Source: a virus
Length of the DNA: 39,520 bases
Direction: 5' to 3' (one strand)
Virus genome (UHGV): UHGV-0819691
Shown here piece after piece: positions 16,054 to 24,340 of the stretch. Under the pieces are notes generated by a model that saw only the letters and a list, made by a program, of their open reading frames with translations, did no database searches and was not told the DNA's origin. Both the position numbers and the translations under genes were made by a program. Each line of letters opens with the position of its first letter. Position 1 is the first letter of the stretch.

Positions 16054-16944
16054 ATGGCAACAAATGAATCGTTAAAAAATCAATTGGCAGCAAAGCCACA
16101 GAAACAAGTTGCACCAGGTCAATTAGGACTTAAAGCTTTGATGAATACACCAACAATGAGAAAGAAGTTTGAAGAGGTGCTTCATGACAATGCTAATGCT
16201 TTTATGTCGAATGTTATGACTCTTGTATCTAATGACAGTTATCTTGCAGATAGTGAACCGATGTCTATCATGAGCGGCGCGTTAACTGCTGCAACATTAA
16301 ATCTTGGGCTAGATAAGAATTTAGGTTATGCATATTTAGTTCCATTCAATAGTAAAAACAAGCAAACAGGAAAATGGGAAAAGAAAGCTCAATTCATGCT
16401 TGGCTATAAAGGATATATCCAATTAGCCCAACGATCAGGTAAATACAAAGCATTAAATGTGATTGAAGTTTACGAAGGAGAACTAAAAAGCTGGAACCGA
16501 CTGACAGAAGAGTTTGAGTTTAATCCAAATGGTAGAACATCTGATGAAGTCATTGGATATGTTGGCTATTTTGAATTACTGAATGGATTCAAGAAAACTG
16601 TCTATTGGACCAAACAAGAAATTGAAGCTCATCGAATTGCTAACAATAAAGATCGAGATAAGACAAAGTTAAGTGGTGTGTGGGCATCTGATTACAATGC
16701 AATGGCACGAAAAACTGTTTTGAGAAATCTTCTTTCTAAATGGGGGATCTTATCCATTGAAATGCAAGAAGCTACCACATCGGATGAGAGAGTCCAAAGA
16801 GTTCAAGAAGATGGCAGCATTATTGCTGAAACAGAAGTTGAGGAAGATATTCCTGAAAGAAAAGAAGCAGAGGTTATTTCTGAAAAAAACGAAGATGTAC
16901 AAACTGGATTATTTGATGCATCAAATCCACCATTAAATAAATAG
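16054..16944 (+). CDS. recT: RecT-family single-strand annealing recombinase
   Basis: GYKGYIQLAQRSGKYKALNVIEVYEGE and surrounding RecT core. Immediately downstream of the YqaJ exonuclease. Confidence 0.8.
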   Translation: MATNESLKNQLAAKPQKQVAPGQLGLKALMNTPTMRKKFEEVLHDNANAFMSNVMTLVSNDSYLADSEPMSIMSGALTAATLNLGLDKNLGYAYLVPFNSKNKQTGKWEKKAQFMLGYKGYIQLAQRSGKYKALNVIEVYEGELKSWNRLTEEFEFNPNGRTSDEVIGYVGYFELLNGFKKTVYWTKQEIEAHRIANNKDRDKTKLSGVWASDYNAMARKTVLRNLLSKWGILSIEMQEATTSDERVQRVQEDGSIIAETEVEEDIPERKEAEVISEKNEDVQTGLFDASNPPLNK

Positions 16945-16992
16945 TGAGGGAGTTATCTCCCTCTTAACATCAAAACGAAAGGAGGAACACAA

Positions 16993-17883
16993 TTGGATTA
17001 CATCGGACAGCTTAATGCTTTTGACAATTGGCTTGAATATAACGAGCTTGGCGCTGGTCCCCAACTGCTTTGGTATAAGCTAATGGCTATAGCAAACAAA
17101 AGTGGATGGCAGAGCGAATTATCGATTGCCAATACAAGGCTACAAGCAATGACTAAAACGTCTGAAAAAACATTGATTAACAATCGTAATCAATTGATCC
17201 AAAACGGACTCCTTCAATATAAAAAGAGAGGTCGTACAAAAGCTGGTGTTTATATCCTTTCTGATTTAACTGGAAAATTTACAGTAAAAACTACAGTGGA
17301 TAATACGGTAGAAAACTCCGCTACTGGAAATATTCCAGTAGATAGTAAAGTAAATCCGAAAGTAAATAGGGAAGTAAATCCTTCAGTAGATCCTACAGTA
17401 AATCCTTCAGCTTATATAAACAATACAAAACAAAACAAGACAAATAAAGAAGATGATATAGGCGTGTATGAGTTCATCCAAAAAAACTGGGGGAAAGCAC
17501 CTACTGGACTTTTGCAAGGAGCATTAGGACCGATGATTAAAACTTGGGGAGCAGATATGATTCTCTTTGCTTTTAAATTAGCTTTCGAAAACAACGTTGA
17601 GATGACAGGATTGAAAAAATACGTTGAAGCGATATTAAATTCATGGAGTAATCAAGGAATTAAGACAAGGGAATCAGCGGAAAAAGCCCAAGAAGCTTTT
17701 AAAAACAAGAAAAAACAAAACTATCTTCCTAAACGTCAAAACAATGTACGGCGTGAAAAGTTGCCTGATTGGGTCAACAAACCTCAAGAAGAAAAGACGC
17801 TAGATCCTGATAAAAAAGCAGAATTAGAAGCCCGCTTTGCCGCTTATCAGGCTAAGAAGGAGGCGCTTCTTGAGAATGAATAA
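16993..17883 (+). CDS. Phage replisome organizer (N-terminal Rep-organizer domain plus C-terminal DnaD-like domain) with internal iteron repeats
   Basis: N-terminal QLLWYKLMAIANKSGWQSELSIANTRL pattern. C-terminal DnaD-like NWGKAPTGLLQGALGPMIKTWGADMILFAFKLAFENN...ILNSW. Central VNPxVNPx repeat region. Confidence 0.7.
   Translation: MDYIGQLNAFDNWLEYNELGAGPQLLWYKLMAIANKSGWQSELSIANTRLQAMTKTSEKTLINNRNQLIQNGLLQYKKRGRTKAGVYILSDLTGKFTVKTTVDNTVENSATGNIPVDSKVNPKVNREVNPSVDPTVNPSAYINNTKQNKTNKEDDIGVYEFIQKNWGKAPTGLLQGALGPMIKTWGADMILFAFKLAFENNVEMTGLKKYVEAILNSWSNQGIKTRESAEKAQEAFKNKKKQNYLPKRQNNVRREKLPDWVNKPQEEKTLDPDKKAELEARFAAYQAKKEALLENE
17345..17410 (+). repeat. Iteron-like 12-bp direct repeats ((A/C)AGTAAATCC(G/T)) x5 inside the replisome organizer gene; candidate origin of replication
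   Basis: AAGTAAATCCG, AAGTAAATAGG, AAGTAAATCCT, CAGTAGATCCT and CAGTAAATCCT in tandem. Confidence 0.5.
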
Positions 17884-18235
17884 ATATCGTAATCGAAAAA
17901 CTATCCATCGAGGTATCAAGTTCGATTCTATCGCAGAAGCGAAGTACTACGATCTAGCTTTGTGGCAAGCGGAAGCGAACGGCTGGAAAGTAAAACTTCA
18001 GGAACGATTTGAGCTGATGCCGAAATTTGAACTAGACGGAAAGAAGTATCGCAAGATCGAGTATATTCCCGACTTCACATTTTATAAAAACGGCAAACTT
18101 GTCAAAGTCGTAGATGTCAAAGGAATGCAGACAAAAGACTTTAAGATCAAGGCAAAGTTGTTCTGTCATCAATATCAAGTGCCATTGATTTTAGCTAAAA
18201 AATATCGGAATACGTTCAAGGAAGAGCGTTTTTAA
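17875..18235 (+). CDS. DUF1064-family protein (replication-module associated)
   Basis: MNKYRNRKTIHRGIKFDSIAEAKYYDLALWQ...KIEYIPDFTF..NGKLVKVVDVKG is the DUF1064 pattern. ATG 17875 overlaps the upstream stop. Confidence 0.5.
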
Positions 18236-18249
18236 CGAGGTGGTCCATC

Positions 18250-18411
18250 ATGACAACAGAAGAAGTGATTCAAATGCGAATTCGAAGCATTCAACGTGAA
18301 ATTGACGATCTGGAACGAACAAAGGCAGTGATGGTCAATGAAACGGCGAGAAAGGCAATCGATTTGCACATAGAGAATTTAAGAAGGGAAATTCGTAGAT
18401 TGGAGGAATGA
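18250..18411 (+). CDS. Small coiled-coil protein (53 aa)
   Basis: Uninterrupted frame with heptad-like Leu/Ile/Arg pattern. Below ORF-track size cutoff. Confidence 0.3.
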   Translation: MTTEEVIQMRIRSIQREIDDLERTKAVMVNETARKAIDLHIENLRREIRRLEE

Positions 18412-18413
18412 TC

Positions 18414-18713
18414 GTGGATAAGAAAGCAGCAATGAAACGAATTGCTGAATTAACCAAGTCAGAATCTTGGCAGGAAGACAAAGAAATAGTTGCAGAAGTC
18501 CAAAAGCTCGGTAAATCAATGTGGGCTGAAAAAACCAATCGGAAAACGCCGAGAAAAATTGCAATCTGGCATGGTGATCGAATTCTAGTAACAGGTACTG
18601 CTGAACAGTTATCTGAAATTACTGGATTAAGCAAAAACATTATTTGGGATAGAGCTAGGAGCTTATGGATTGATTCAAAAGGACGACAGTTTAGGTATGT
18701 GGAGGAGAAATAA
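18414..18713 (+). CDS. Hypothetical early protein (~99 aa)
   Basis: GGAGGA RBS 8 nt before GTG 18414; the ATG at 18408 is too close to the RBS. Confidence 0.4.
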   Translation: MDKKAAMKRIAELTKSESWQEDKEIVAEVQKLGKSMWAEKTNRKTPRKIAIWHGDRILVTGTAEQLSEITGLSKNIIWDRARSLWIDSKGRQFRYVEEK

Positions 18714-19024
18714 TGGACGAACTAATCACAAAAGTAGAGCAGTGGGCTAAAGATAAGGGATTGGATCAAACTGATTCCAGCAAGCAAATGTTAAAAACGA
18801 TCGAAGAGATTGGGGAAGTTGCCGCTTCTCTAGCTAGAAAAGATGAACATGGTTTAAGAGACGGAATTGGAGACGTAGTAGTAACCTTGATTATTTTAGC
18901 TATGCAAAATGATATGGATTTGTACGAGTGTCTGAACCAAGCATACAACGAAATCAAAGGACGCACAGGGAAGATGGTAGATGGTGTGTTCGTGAAGTCG
19001 AGTGATTTGGAGGACAGCAAATGA
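18713..19024 (+). CDS. MazG-like nucleotide pyrophosphohydrolase
   Basis: EEIGEVAASL....DGIGDVVVTLIILA matches the MazG/NTP-PPase helix pair. Confidence 0.6.
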   Translation: MDELITKVEQWAKDKGLDQTDSSKQMLKTIEEIGEVAASLARKDEHGLRDGIGDVVVTLIILAMQNDMDLYECLNQAYNEIKGRTGKMVDGVFVKSSDLEDSK

Positions 19025-19407
19025 TACCGAGATTTCGAGCGTGGTACACACCATTTAAAGGTAAAACAATTGGACAAGAAATGAAATATGGGCAAGCAGG
19101 AAGGTTGATCACTCATGCTGAAATGGCTCCAGATAAATATGTCCTCATGCAATCAACAGGGCTGAAAGATAAAAATGGTGTGGAGATATTTGAAGGAGAT
19201 GTAGTACTTTTCAGTGTAAGTGATGGTTTTGATCATTTAGTCGACGAAAAAGCTATTGTTCAATCCTCTGAGTGCCATTCTGGCTTAATTTGTAAGCTAG
19301 TAGACTTGGACTTAGAATATCGAATTTATTATGATCCAGTATTTCACACTGACTATGAAGTTATCGGGAATATATACGAGAATAAAGAGTTATTAGAGGT
19401 AGAGTAA
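19021..19407 (+). CDS. YopX-family phage protein
   Basis: FRAWYTP...MQSTGLKDKNGVEIFEGDVV is the YopX signature. Confidence 0.65.
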   Translation: MIPRFRAWYTPFKGKTIGQEMKYGQAGRLITHAEMAPDKYVLMQSTGLKDKNGVEIFEGDVVLFSVSDGFDHLVDEKAIVQSSECHSGLICKLVDLDLEYRIYYDPVFHTDYEVIGNIYENKELLEVE

Positions 19408-19869
19408 TTGACTAAAATATTAGATGCATGTTGTGGTAGTCGAATGTTTTGGTTTGATAAACAGAATCCAAACGTAATTTTTATGGACATTCGGAAACAA
19501 TACGAAGAACTAAATAGCGGACATGTCGTTGATATCAATCCTAATGTCATTGGAGATTTCAGAGATATGCCATTTGAAGATGAATCATTTTATCATGTAG
19601 TATTTGATCCGCCACACTTGCTTAAAGCAGGCGAGAATAGCTGGTTGGTCAAAAAGTATGGAAAATTAAATCCCGAAACTTGGAAAGAAGATTTAGCATT
19701 AGGATTCAAAGAATGTTTCAGAGTATTAAAGCCAAATGGAACTCTTGTATTTAAATGGAACGAGGATCAAATCAAGCTATCAGAAATATTGAATGCAATT
19801 GATTATGTGCCATTATATGGAAATAAGAGAGCTAAAACACACTGGTTAGTATTTATGAAGAGTATCTAG
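19408..19869 (+). CDS. Small orphan DNA N6-adenine (or N4-cytosine) methyltransferase (153 aa, TTG start)
   Basis: Motif IV FDPPH (DPPY-type) plus upstream LDACCGS (SAM-binding motif I-like). No adjacent restriction gene. Confidence 0.5.
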   Translation: MTKILDACCGSRMFWFDKQNPNVIFMDIRKQYEELNSGHVVDINPNVIGDFRDMPFEDESFYHVVFDPPHLLKAGENSWLVKKYGKLNPETWKEDLALGFKECFRVLKPNGTLVFKWNEDQIKLSEILNAIDYVPLYGNKRAKTHWLVFMKSI

Positions 19870-19890
19870 CTACCTCGTGAAATTGTAGGA

Positions 19891-20268
19891 TCAATTTTGA
19901 TTAAATATGTAATTTCTGAATTTACCAGATAATGGGAAGGTAAACATGCAAATTAAAAGTATCGTTTGGAAAATTAAAACTATAGTTAATTCTGTAGCGT
20001 TGAATTTTAAGTACAAGCTTAAATGTATTCCCCATTCAATCAAATTTAATCCAATTAAATAAAAGTAGTATCTCTTTTTAATCTTACAGTTTTTAAGAAA
20101 ATAGTAGCTAATATAATAATCTAATAAGACAAGTATAACCAATATATGTTTATCTATAGTGACTATAGTGTCATGTTTTTCTGAGAGTCTATGGAAATAC
20201 ATTAATAATGTTGGTAAAGGAATATATATTGTTAATAATGATATAAAGAAAAAGACTATAAATGGCAT
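19891..20268 (-). CDS. Opposite-strand small membrane protein (125 aa, ~4 TM), AT-rich moron
   Basis: RBS GGGAGTG 5 nt before ATG (minus strand). Very AT-rich. Sits antisense inside the rightward early operon, with a 120-bp promoter-bearing gap on its 5' side. Confidence 0.5.
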   Translation of the reverse strand: MPFIVFFFISLLTIYIPLPTLLMYFHRLSEKHDTIVTIDKHILVILVLLDYYISYYFLKNCKIKKRYYFYLIGLNLIEWGIHLSLYLKFNATELTIVLIFQTILLICMFTFPLSGKFRNYIFNQN

Positions 20269-20387
20269 TTCGTCACTCCCATATAAATAAAACTATGTAA
20301 AAAATATCACAATATTGTGTTGTGGTCAAATATTTTCATGTTATCTATTTTGTTATTATCGTCAATAAATGAAAAGGAGGAGGTAGA

Positions 20388-20597
20388 ATGATGGGTTTCA
20401 AAAAGAGTGACAAAGTAGTTACTAAAATAGGATCAGGCGTGTCATTATACTTCTTGGACAACGAATATTATATAGTTCAAGATGCTTCGATGCCTGGCAG
20501 AATCGTTTTGATTGACGAAGATAAACAGCGTTTGAGTTGGCCATCTAGTAAATTCGAATTATATGAGGAGGTGGCGGAAGGATCAGCAAGGCGTTGA
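20388..20597 (+). CDS. Hypothetical small early protein (69 aa)
   Basis: RBS AAAGGAGGAGG. Coding-like. Confidence 0.4.
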   Translation: MMGFKKSDKVVTKIGSGVSLYFLDNEYYIVQDASMPGRIVLIDEDKQRLSWPSSKFELYEEVAEGSARR

Positions 20598-20956
20598 AAT
20601 GGCTAGAAGCTGAAGCAGATAGACTCGAAAAAGAGTACATTGAAAATGATGATCCGAATAAAACAGTAAATCATAGCTTTATAGAAGGCTTCAATTATGC
20701 GTTAGTAAATTTACAGGCGATAGAAGAGCTAGAACTCAACGACAACCAGAAAATCGTGTTGGAGTGGTTGAAAAGCGAGACAATTTTAACTAGAGAAGCA
20801 CCAATATTATCTGTTAATGCTTTTTCTGATAAAAATTTACTAGGAAAATTACCTGATAAAGTACGCAAAGCTTATAAACTATTGGATTGTAAACAAGAAT
20901 ATGAAGTCCTAGCAGCATTCGCGCAATGGGGATTGGGACAGGAGGAAGCGGAATGA
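20594..20956 (+). CDS. Hypothetical early protein (120 aa)
   Basis: Overlapping stop/start. Acidic. Confidence 0.4.
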   Translation: MKWLEAEADRLEKEYIENDDPNKTVNHSFIEGFNYALVNLQAIEELELNDNQKIVLEWLKSETILTREAPILSVNAFSDKNLLGKLPDKVRKAYKLLDCKQEYEVLAAFAQWGLGQEEAE

Positions 20957-21186
20957 TCCACGAACTAAAAATACTACCAGAATATTTTGAAGCAGTCACA
21001 AGCGGACGCAAACAATTCGAGACCCGCAGGAATGATCGTAATTTTAAAGTTGGTAGTCAGTTAATTTTGAGAGAGTGGACTGGCGAAAAATATACAGGCG
21101 ACTCATACAAAGCAGAAATTACTTATATTACTGATTATGCTCAGCAAGATGGATATGTAGTTCTAGGAATTAGAGGGGTAAAGTAG
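20953..21186 (+). CDS. DUF3850 / ASCH(PUA)-like small protein
   Basis: MIHELKILPEYFEAVTSGRKQFETRRNDRNFKVGSQLILREW matches the DUF3850 pattern. RBS GGAGGAAG before ATG 20953. Confidence 0.45.
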   Translation: MIHELKILPEYFEAVTSGRKQFETRRNDRNFKVGSQLILREWTGEKYTGDSYKAEITYITDYAQQDGYVVLGIRGVK

Positions 21187-21546
21187 ATGAGTTTAATTGA
21201 AAAGATACAAGAAACACAAAATGAATCATTCGATAAATGGTTTGAACGTTGGTACGAAAAACAAAATTTAGAAGATACTATCATCAAGTCAGCAGCAAAA
21301 GGTTATAAAGGTTATTGTATTTCTATCAAAGAAACATGGGAATCCGCATCTAATTGGGATGAAAAACAAAAATATCTTGTAAGACGACTAAGAGACAAAA
21401 GAACTGTTAAAAAAATCCAAGAGAAACTAGGCGAAGGATTAAAAGTGAAATACGTCAATGATGATAAAACATATGATACTTTTTTTGGACTTAAAAGACA
21501 TGAACAATCGGAATATATATCAATTGAGTGGGGAGAAGCGGAATGA
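21187..21546 (+). CDS. Hypothetical early protein (119 aa)
   Basis: ORF with coding-like composition in the operon context. Confidence 0.35.
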   Translation: MSLIEKIQETQNESFDKWFERWYEKQNLEDTIIKSAAKGYKGYCISIKETWESASNWDEKQKYLVRRLRDKRTVKKIQEKLGEGLKVKYVNDDKTYDTFFGLKRHEQSEYISIEWGEAE

Positions 21547-21764
21547 GGAAAGCCATAAAAGAAAATTTTAAGTATATCTATCTAATGATGTCCTTAATCA
21601 TGGTCATTATATTTGGGCTCAATAATGAGTTTGTTAAAGCAGCAGTTACAGGGATTTTCGCATTTGAATACATCAAAATAATGATGTTATCTGAGCTATC
21701 AGAATATTTGAAAACATCAGTAATAATTTTGTATAAGGGCGACGAAAGCGAGGTCTCAGAATGA
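21528..21764 (+). CDS. Small membrane protein (78 aa)
   Basis: One to two hydrophobic helices. Overlapping starts. Confidence 0.3.
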   Translation: MGRSGMRKAIKENFKYIYLMMSLIMVIIFGLNNEFVKAAVTGIFAFEYIKIMMLSELSEYLKTSVIILYKGDESEVSE

Positions 21765-21964
21765 ACAACAGACACCGCAGAGTAGCCAAACTAAGAAAAC
21801 AAGAATTGAATGTGTTAAAGGCAAAGTTTGAAAAAGAATACGGAGTTTCTGTAGAAGAAGTATATAAAGTGGCAAGTCAGTGTGTTGCTATTGCAAGTAA
21901 GGCTATTCGTAAGTTTGGGATTTCGATATTAAATGATGATCGTAAATGGGAGGAAATGAGATGA
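21761..21964 (+). CDS. Hypothetical basic small protein (67 aa)
   Basis: Lys/Arg-rich. Operon context. Confidence 0.3.
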   Translation: MNNRHRRVAKLRKQELNVLKAKFEKEYGVSVEEVYKVASQCVAIASKAIRKFGISILNDDRKWEEMR

Positions 21965-22257
21965 AAATAAAAGACGGATTTTACGCTAGTAGTCATGGTA
22001 TCGGCGGTTTAATGCTAGACATGCCGATAAAGAACCCTAAAACACGTCAGAAATCAAAATTCAAAATCGGTGACATGGTCCGATGTAAAGCAGAAGAGTT
22101 CATCTATCCGTTTCGTGGATATGTAGAGCATGTCTATAATCATTCAGCAATCATTCACATTGAAAACACGATGGAATGCGATAAGTGGTTAGCGAAAAGC
22201 AAAGATAATTTAGCAGTGGCTCGTTTGGTGGATATGGAACTAATCAATGACAAATAA
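21961..22257 (+). CDS. Hypothetical protein (~98 aa)
   Basis: RBS GGGAGGAAATGAG before ATG 21961. Confidence 0.35.
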   Translation: MKIKDGFYASSHGIGGLMLDMPIKNPKTRQKSKFKIGDMVRCKAEEFIYPFRGYVEHVYNHSAIIHIENTMECDKWLAKSKDNLAVARLVDMELINDK

Positions 22258-22332
22258 AAAAGCCGGATCGCTCCGACTGATTCAATAAATCCAACACATT
22301 TATTATATCACATAAAGGAGCGGTTTGACTTG

Positions 22333-22746
22333 ATGCAATTGTTACGAGAGGTAGATTTCAAACAGACAAGATGTAATGCGAGAGATGTGCTGAAGAACTT
22401 TCGGCGTTTGGAGCGGATGGCAGGTCGCTCTTTGATAGATATTAAGTCGCCGATTATTACGGATATGCCGAAGGCACCGAAGCACGGCAATAAGGCAGAA
22501 GACGCGATCATTCAGATGATGGATATAGAAGCGGAGAGAGACGCGATTTTAGCAGCCTTGATGGCTCTTAGTCTGATTAGCCGTCAGATACTCTACTACA
22601 GCTTTTGTGTGCCAGATAGCTTCTCAAACTACAGAATTAGCCGTGAAGTGGGTTATTCAGAAAGAAGTATACAACGGATGAAGTCGGAAGCTCTAATAGA
22701 GTTTGCAGAAGCATATAAACACGGAAGAATAATTGCTTATAAATAA
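22333..22746 (+). CDS. ArpU-family late-gene transcriptional regulator
   Basis: Sigma-region-4-like C-terminus ...YSFCVPDSFSNYRISREVGYSERSIQRMKSEALIEFAEAY, typical of ArpU/Ltr late activators. Positioned just before the packaging genes. Confidence 0.7.
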   Translation: MQLLREVDFKQTRCNARDVLKNFRRLERMAGRSLIDIKSPIITDMPKAPKHGNKAEDAIIQMMDIEAERDAILAALMALSLISRQILYYSFCVPDSFSNYRISREVGYSERSIQRMKSEALIEFAEAYKHGRIIAYK

Positions 22747-22985
22747 TTTGGCGGTTTTTTGGCGGAATGATGGCGGTTTTTAGCTATTTACCAGTGATAT
22801 TATGGTAGTGTCGAAAGATTAGTGATAGGTCTGAGACAAAATAATAATAAAAGGAACATCGTTTTATTATTGTTTCACAATTAAGCTTCGATAGACAGCA
22901 GCGGAAATATTAAGAATAAGGATGTGAATTCCAACTCCTTCTAAATTGTTCTTATTATCTATCATCCGTTGCTGTCTATTAATTT

Positions 22986-23222
22986 ATGTATTGGAGGGTA
23001 TATAAAATGAATAACGCTTCCGAAAAAATTGATCAACTAACTATTTTAGTAAACCAAAGAATCGAAGATATTATCAAGGAATTCGAAGGTGAAAAGATTA
23101 AGAACATAAAGCTTACTTTAATGGATCATAAGTTCGAACTAAATTCGACAAAAAGGAAGATCGTTGAGCTTATAGAAGAAGAAATTGCTGTCCAGATCAA
23201 TGAGCAACAATTAACTAATTAA
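22986..23222 (+). CDS. Hypothetical small protein (78 aa)
   Basis: RBS TGGAGGG. Charged, coiled-coil-like. Confidence 0.35.
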   Translation: MYWRVYKMNNASEKIDQLTILVNQRIEDIIKEFEGEKIKNIKLTLMDHKFELNSTKRKIVELIEEEIAVQINEQQLTN

Positions 23223-23245
23223 TTTATGCATCGGAGGAAAAACGA

Positions 23246-23458
23246 ATGGATAAAGAAAGTGCACGAGAACATTATTTGAGTAAATTCAAACGTAACAACA
23301 AACCAGAAGAAGTTTTTGGATCAAGCGTTAAAGAGGTTGGAGAAAAACTAACTCAATTATTAAAAGAAGAAGACTTAACATATGATGAAGCATACGCAAG
23401 CCTTCAATATAGTTATAATTTATTAAAGTATGAGTCTAATTTCATAAAAGTAAAATAG
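23246..23458 (+). CDS. Hypothetical small protein (70 aa)
   Basis: RBS GGAGGAAAA. Confidence 0.35.
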   Translation: MDKESAREHYLSKFKRNNKPEEVFGSSVKEVGEKLTQLLKEEDLTYDEAYASLQYSYNLLKYESNFIKVK

Positions 23459-23469
23459 ATAATTATGTT

Positions 23470-23860
23470 ACTGTGGCGGAAAGGGTAGACGCTATATCTG
23501 GTAGGTATGCTTGAAGACCAGAGAAACAAGAGCTAAGCGCAACCATGCAAGGTTCGATTCCTTGCCAGTGACTTAAGGAACCTACGGAAACAATCAATCT
23601 TATCGGATGCCGATTGGTTGGCTGAATTAACCAGCGTGCCTGGAAATCAGTTAATAGGCATAAAATACTAGCGCAGACGTGCGCCACTCTCAGGTGTAGG
23701 TTAGGAGAGAAACATTAAGTTGGACTTGCTAGGAACACGGCAAGTTGCCTGTGTGAGGCTTTGTATCATTGCGTAGGTCTTGGCTAGAGACGGTATTCTA
23801 GTCCAGTGTTCACATAGGGTTATAACTGCATCTCATTGCTGAGGTGTAGTTTTTTACATA
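23470..23860 (+). ncRNA. Candidate structured non-coding RNA island (GC-richer, ORF-free) containing a tRNA-like T-arm
   Basis: About 400 nt with no convincing ORF on either strand. GC is visibly higher than the flanks. Contains GCAAGG-TTCGATT-CCTTGC (perfect T-stem/T-loop consensus) and several local hairpins (e.g. ATCGG-atg-CCGAT). Ends in terminator GATCACT-cctta-AGTGGTC plus T6. Confidence 0.25.
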
Positions 23861-23914
23861 TGAGATCACTCCTTAAGTGGTCTTTTTTATTTTACATAAA
23901 GGAGGAATGAACTC

Positions 23915-24097
23915 ATGAAAGAATATACTACTAAAGAATTTGAAGAAATGAAGCGATTAAAGAAGGACTTTGAAGAAGTTGGTCAAGGACAATCATTTAC
24001 GATTGGAACTATTCAACGTAGATTACGTTTCGGGAAGGAACGAGCTACTGCTCTTTATAATGATCTGATCTCAGATAGAGAGAAGGACTTCCAATGA
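23915..24097 (+). CDS. Hypothetical small protein (60 aa)
   Basis: RBS AAAGGAGGAATG. Confidence 0.35.
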   Translation: MKEYTTKEFEEMKRLKKDFEEVGQGQSFTIGTIQRRLRFGKERATALYNDLISDREKDFQ

Positions 24098-24147
24098 GAA
24101 ACTACCGCTGAGTGGTCTTTTTATTTGCGCAAAGGAGGTTAACAACA

Positions 24148-24315
24148 ATGTATAGACCACAATATTTAGAACAGAAGTATGAAGTAATCACTGTGCAAAA
24201 CGGTAACGGTGAGATAGTACGAAAGTATAGAAGACCAATAAAGAGCGATACATACAAACGAAAGGAAAGCAATGAAGTTATTCCATTGTATGGCAAAAGA
24301 AGAGCGAAGCATTAA
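24148..24315 (+). CDS. Hypothetical small basic protein (55 aa)
   Basis: RBS AAAGGAGG 10 nt before ATG 24148. Confidence 0.35.
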   Translation: MYRPQYLEQKYEVITVQNGNGEIVRKYRRPIKSDTYKRKESNEVIPLYGKRRAKH

Positions 24316-24340
24316 ATAAGATTGTGAAAGGAGACGGATC

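Noticed and set aside
14456-19550. Scattered minus-strand ORFs (14456-14731, 15319-15501, 16998-17183, 17412-17594, 18335-18640, 18379-18564, 18766-19152, 19353-19550)
   Set aside because: All lie antisense within the uninterrupted rightward early operon, lack RBSs and have low-complexity translations.
23463-23687. Minus-strand 74-aa ORF inside the GC-richer island
   Set aside because: No RBS, Cys/Ser/Leu-rich nonsense-like sequence. Its open frame is explained by locally higher GC. The region is treated as non-coding.
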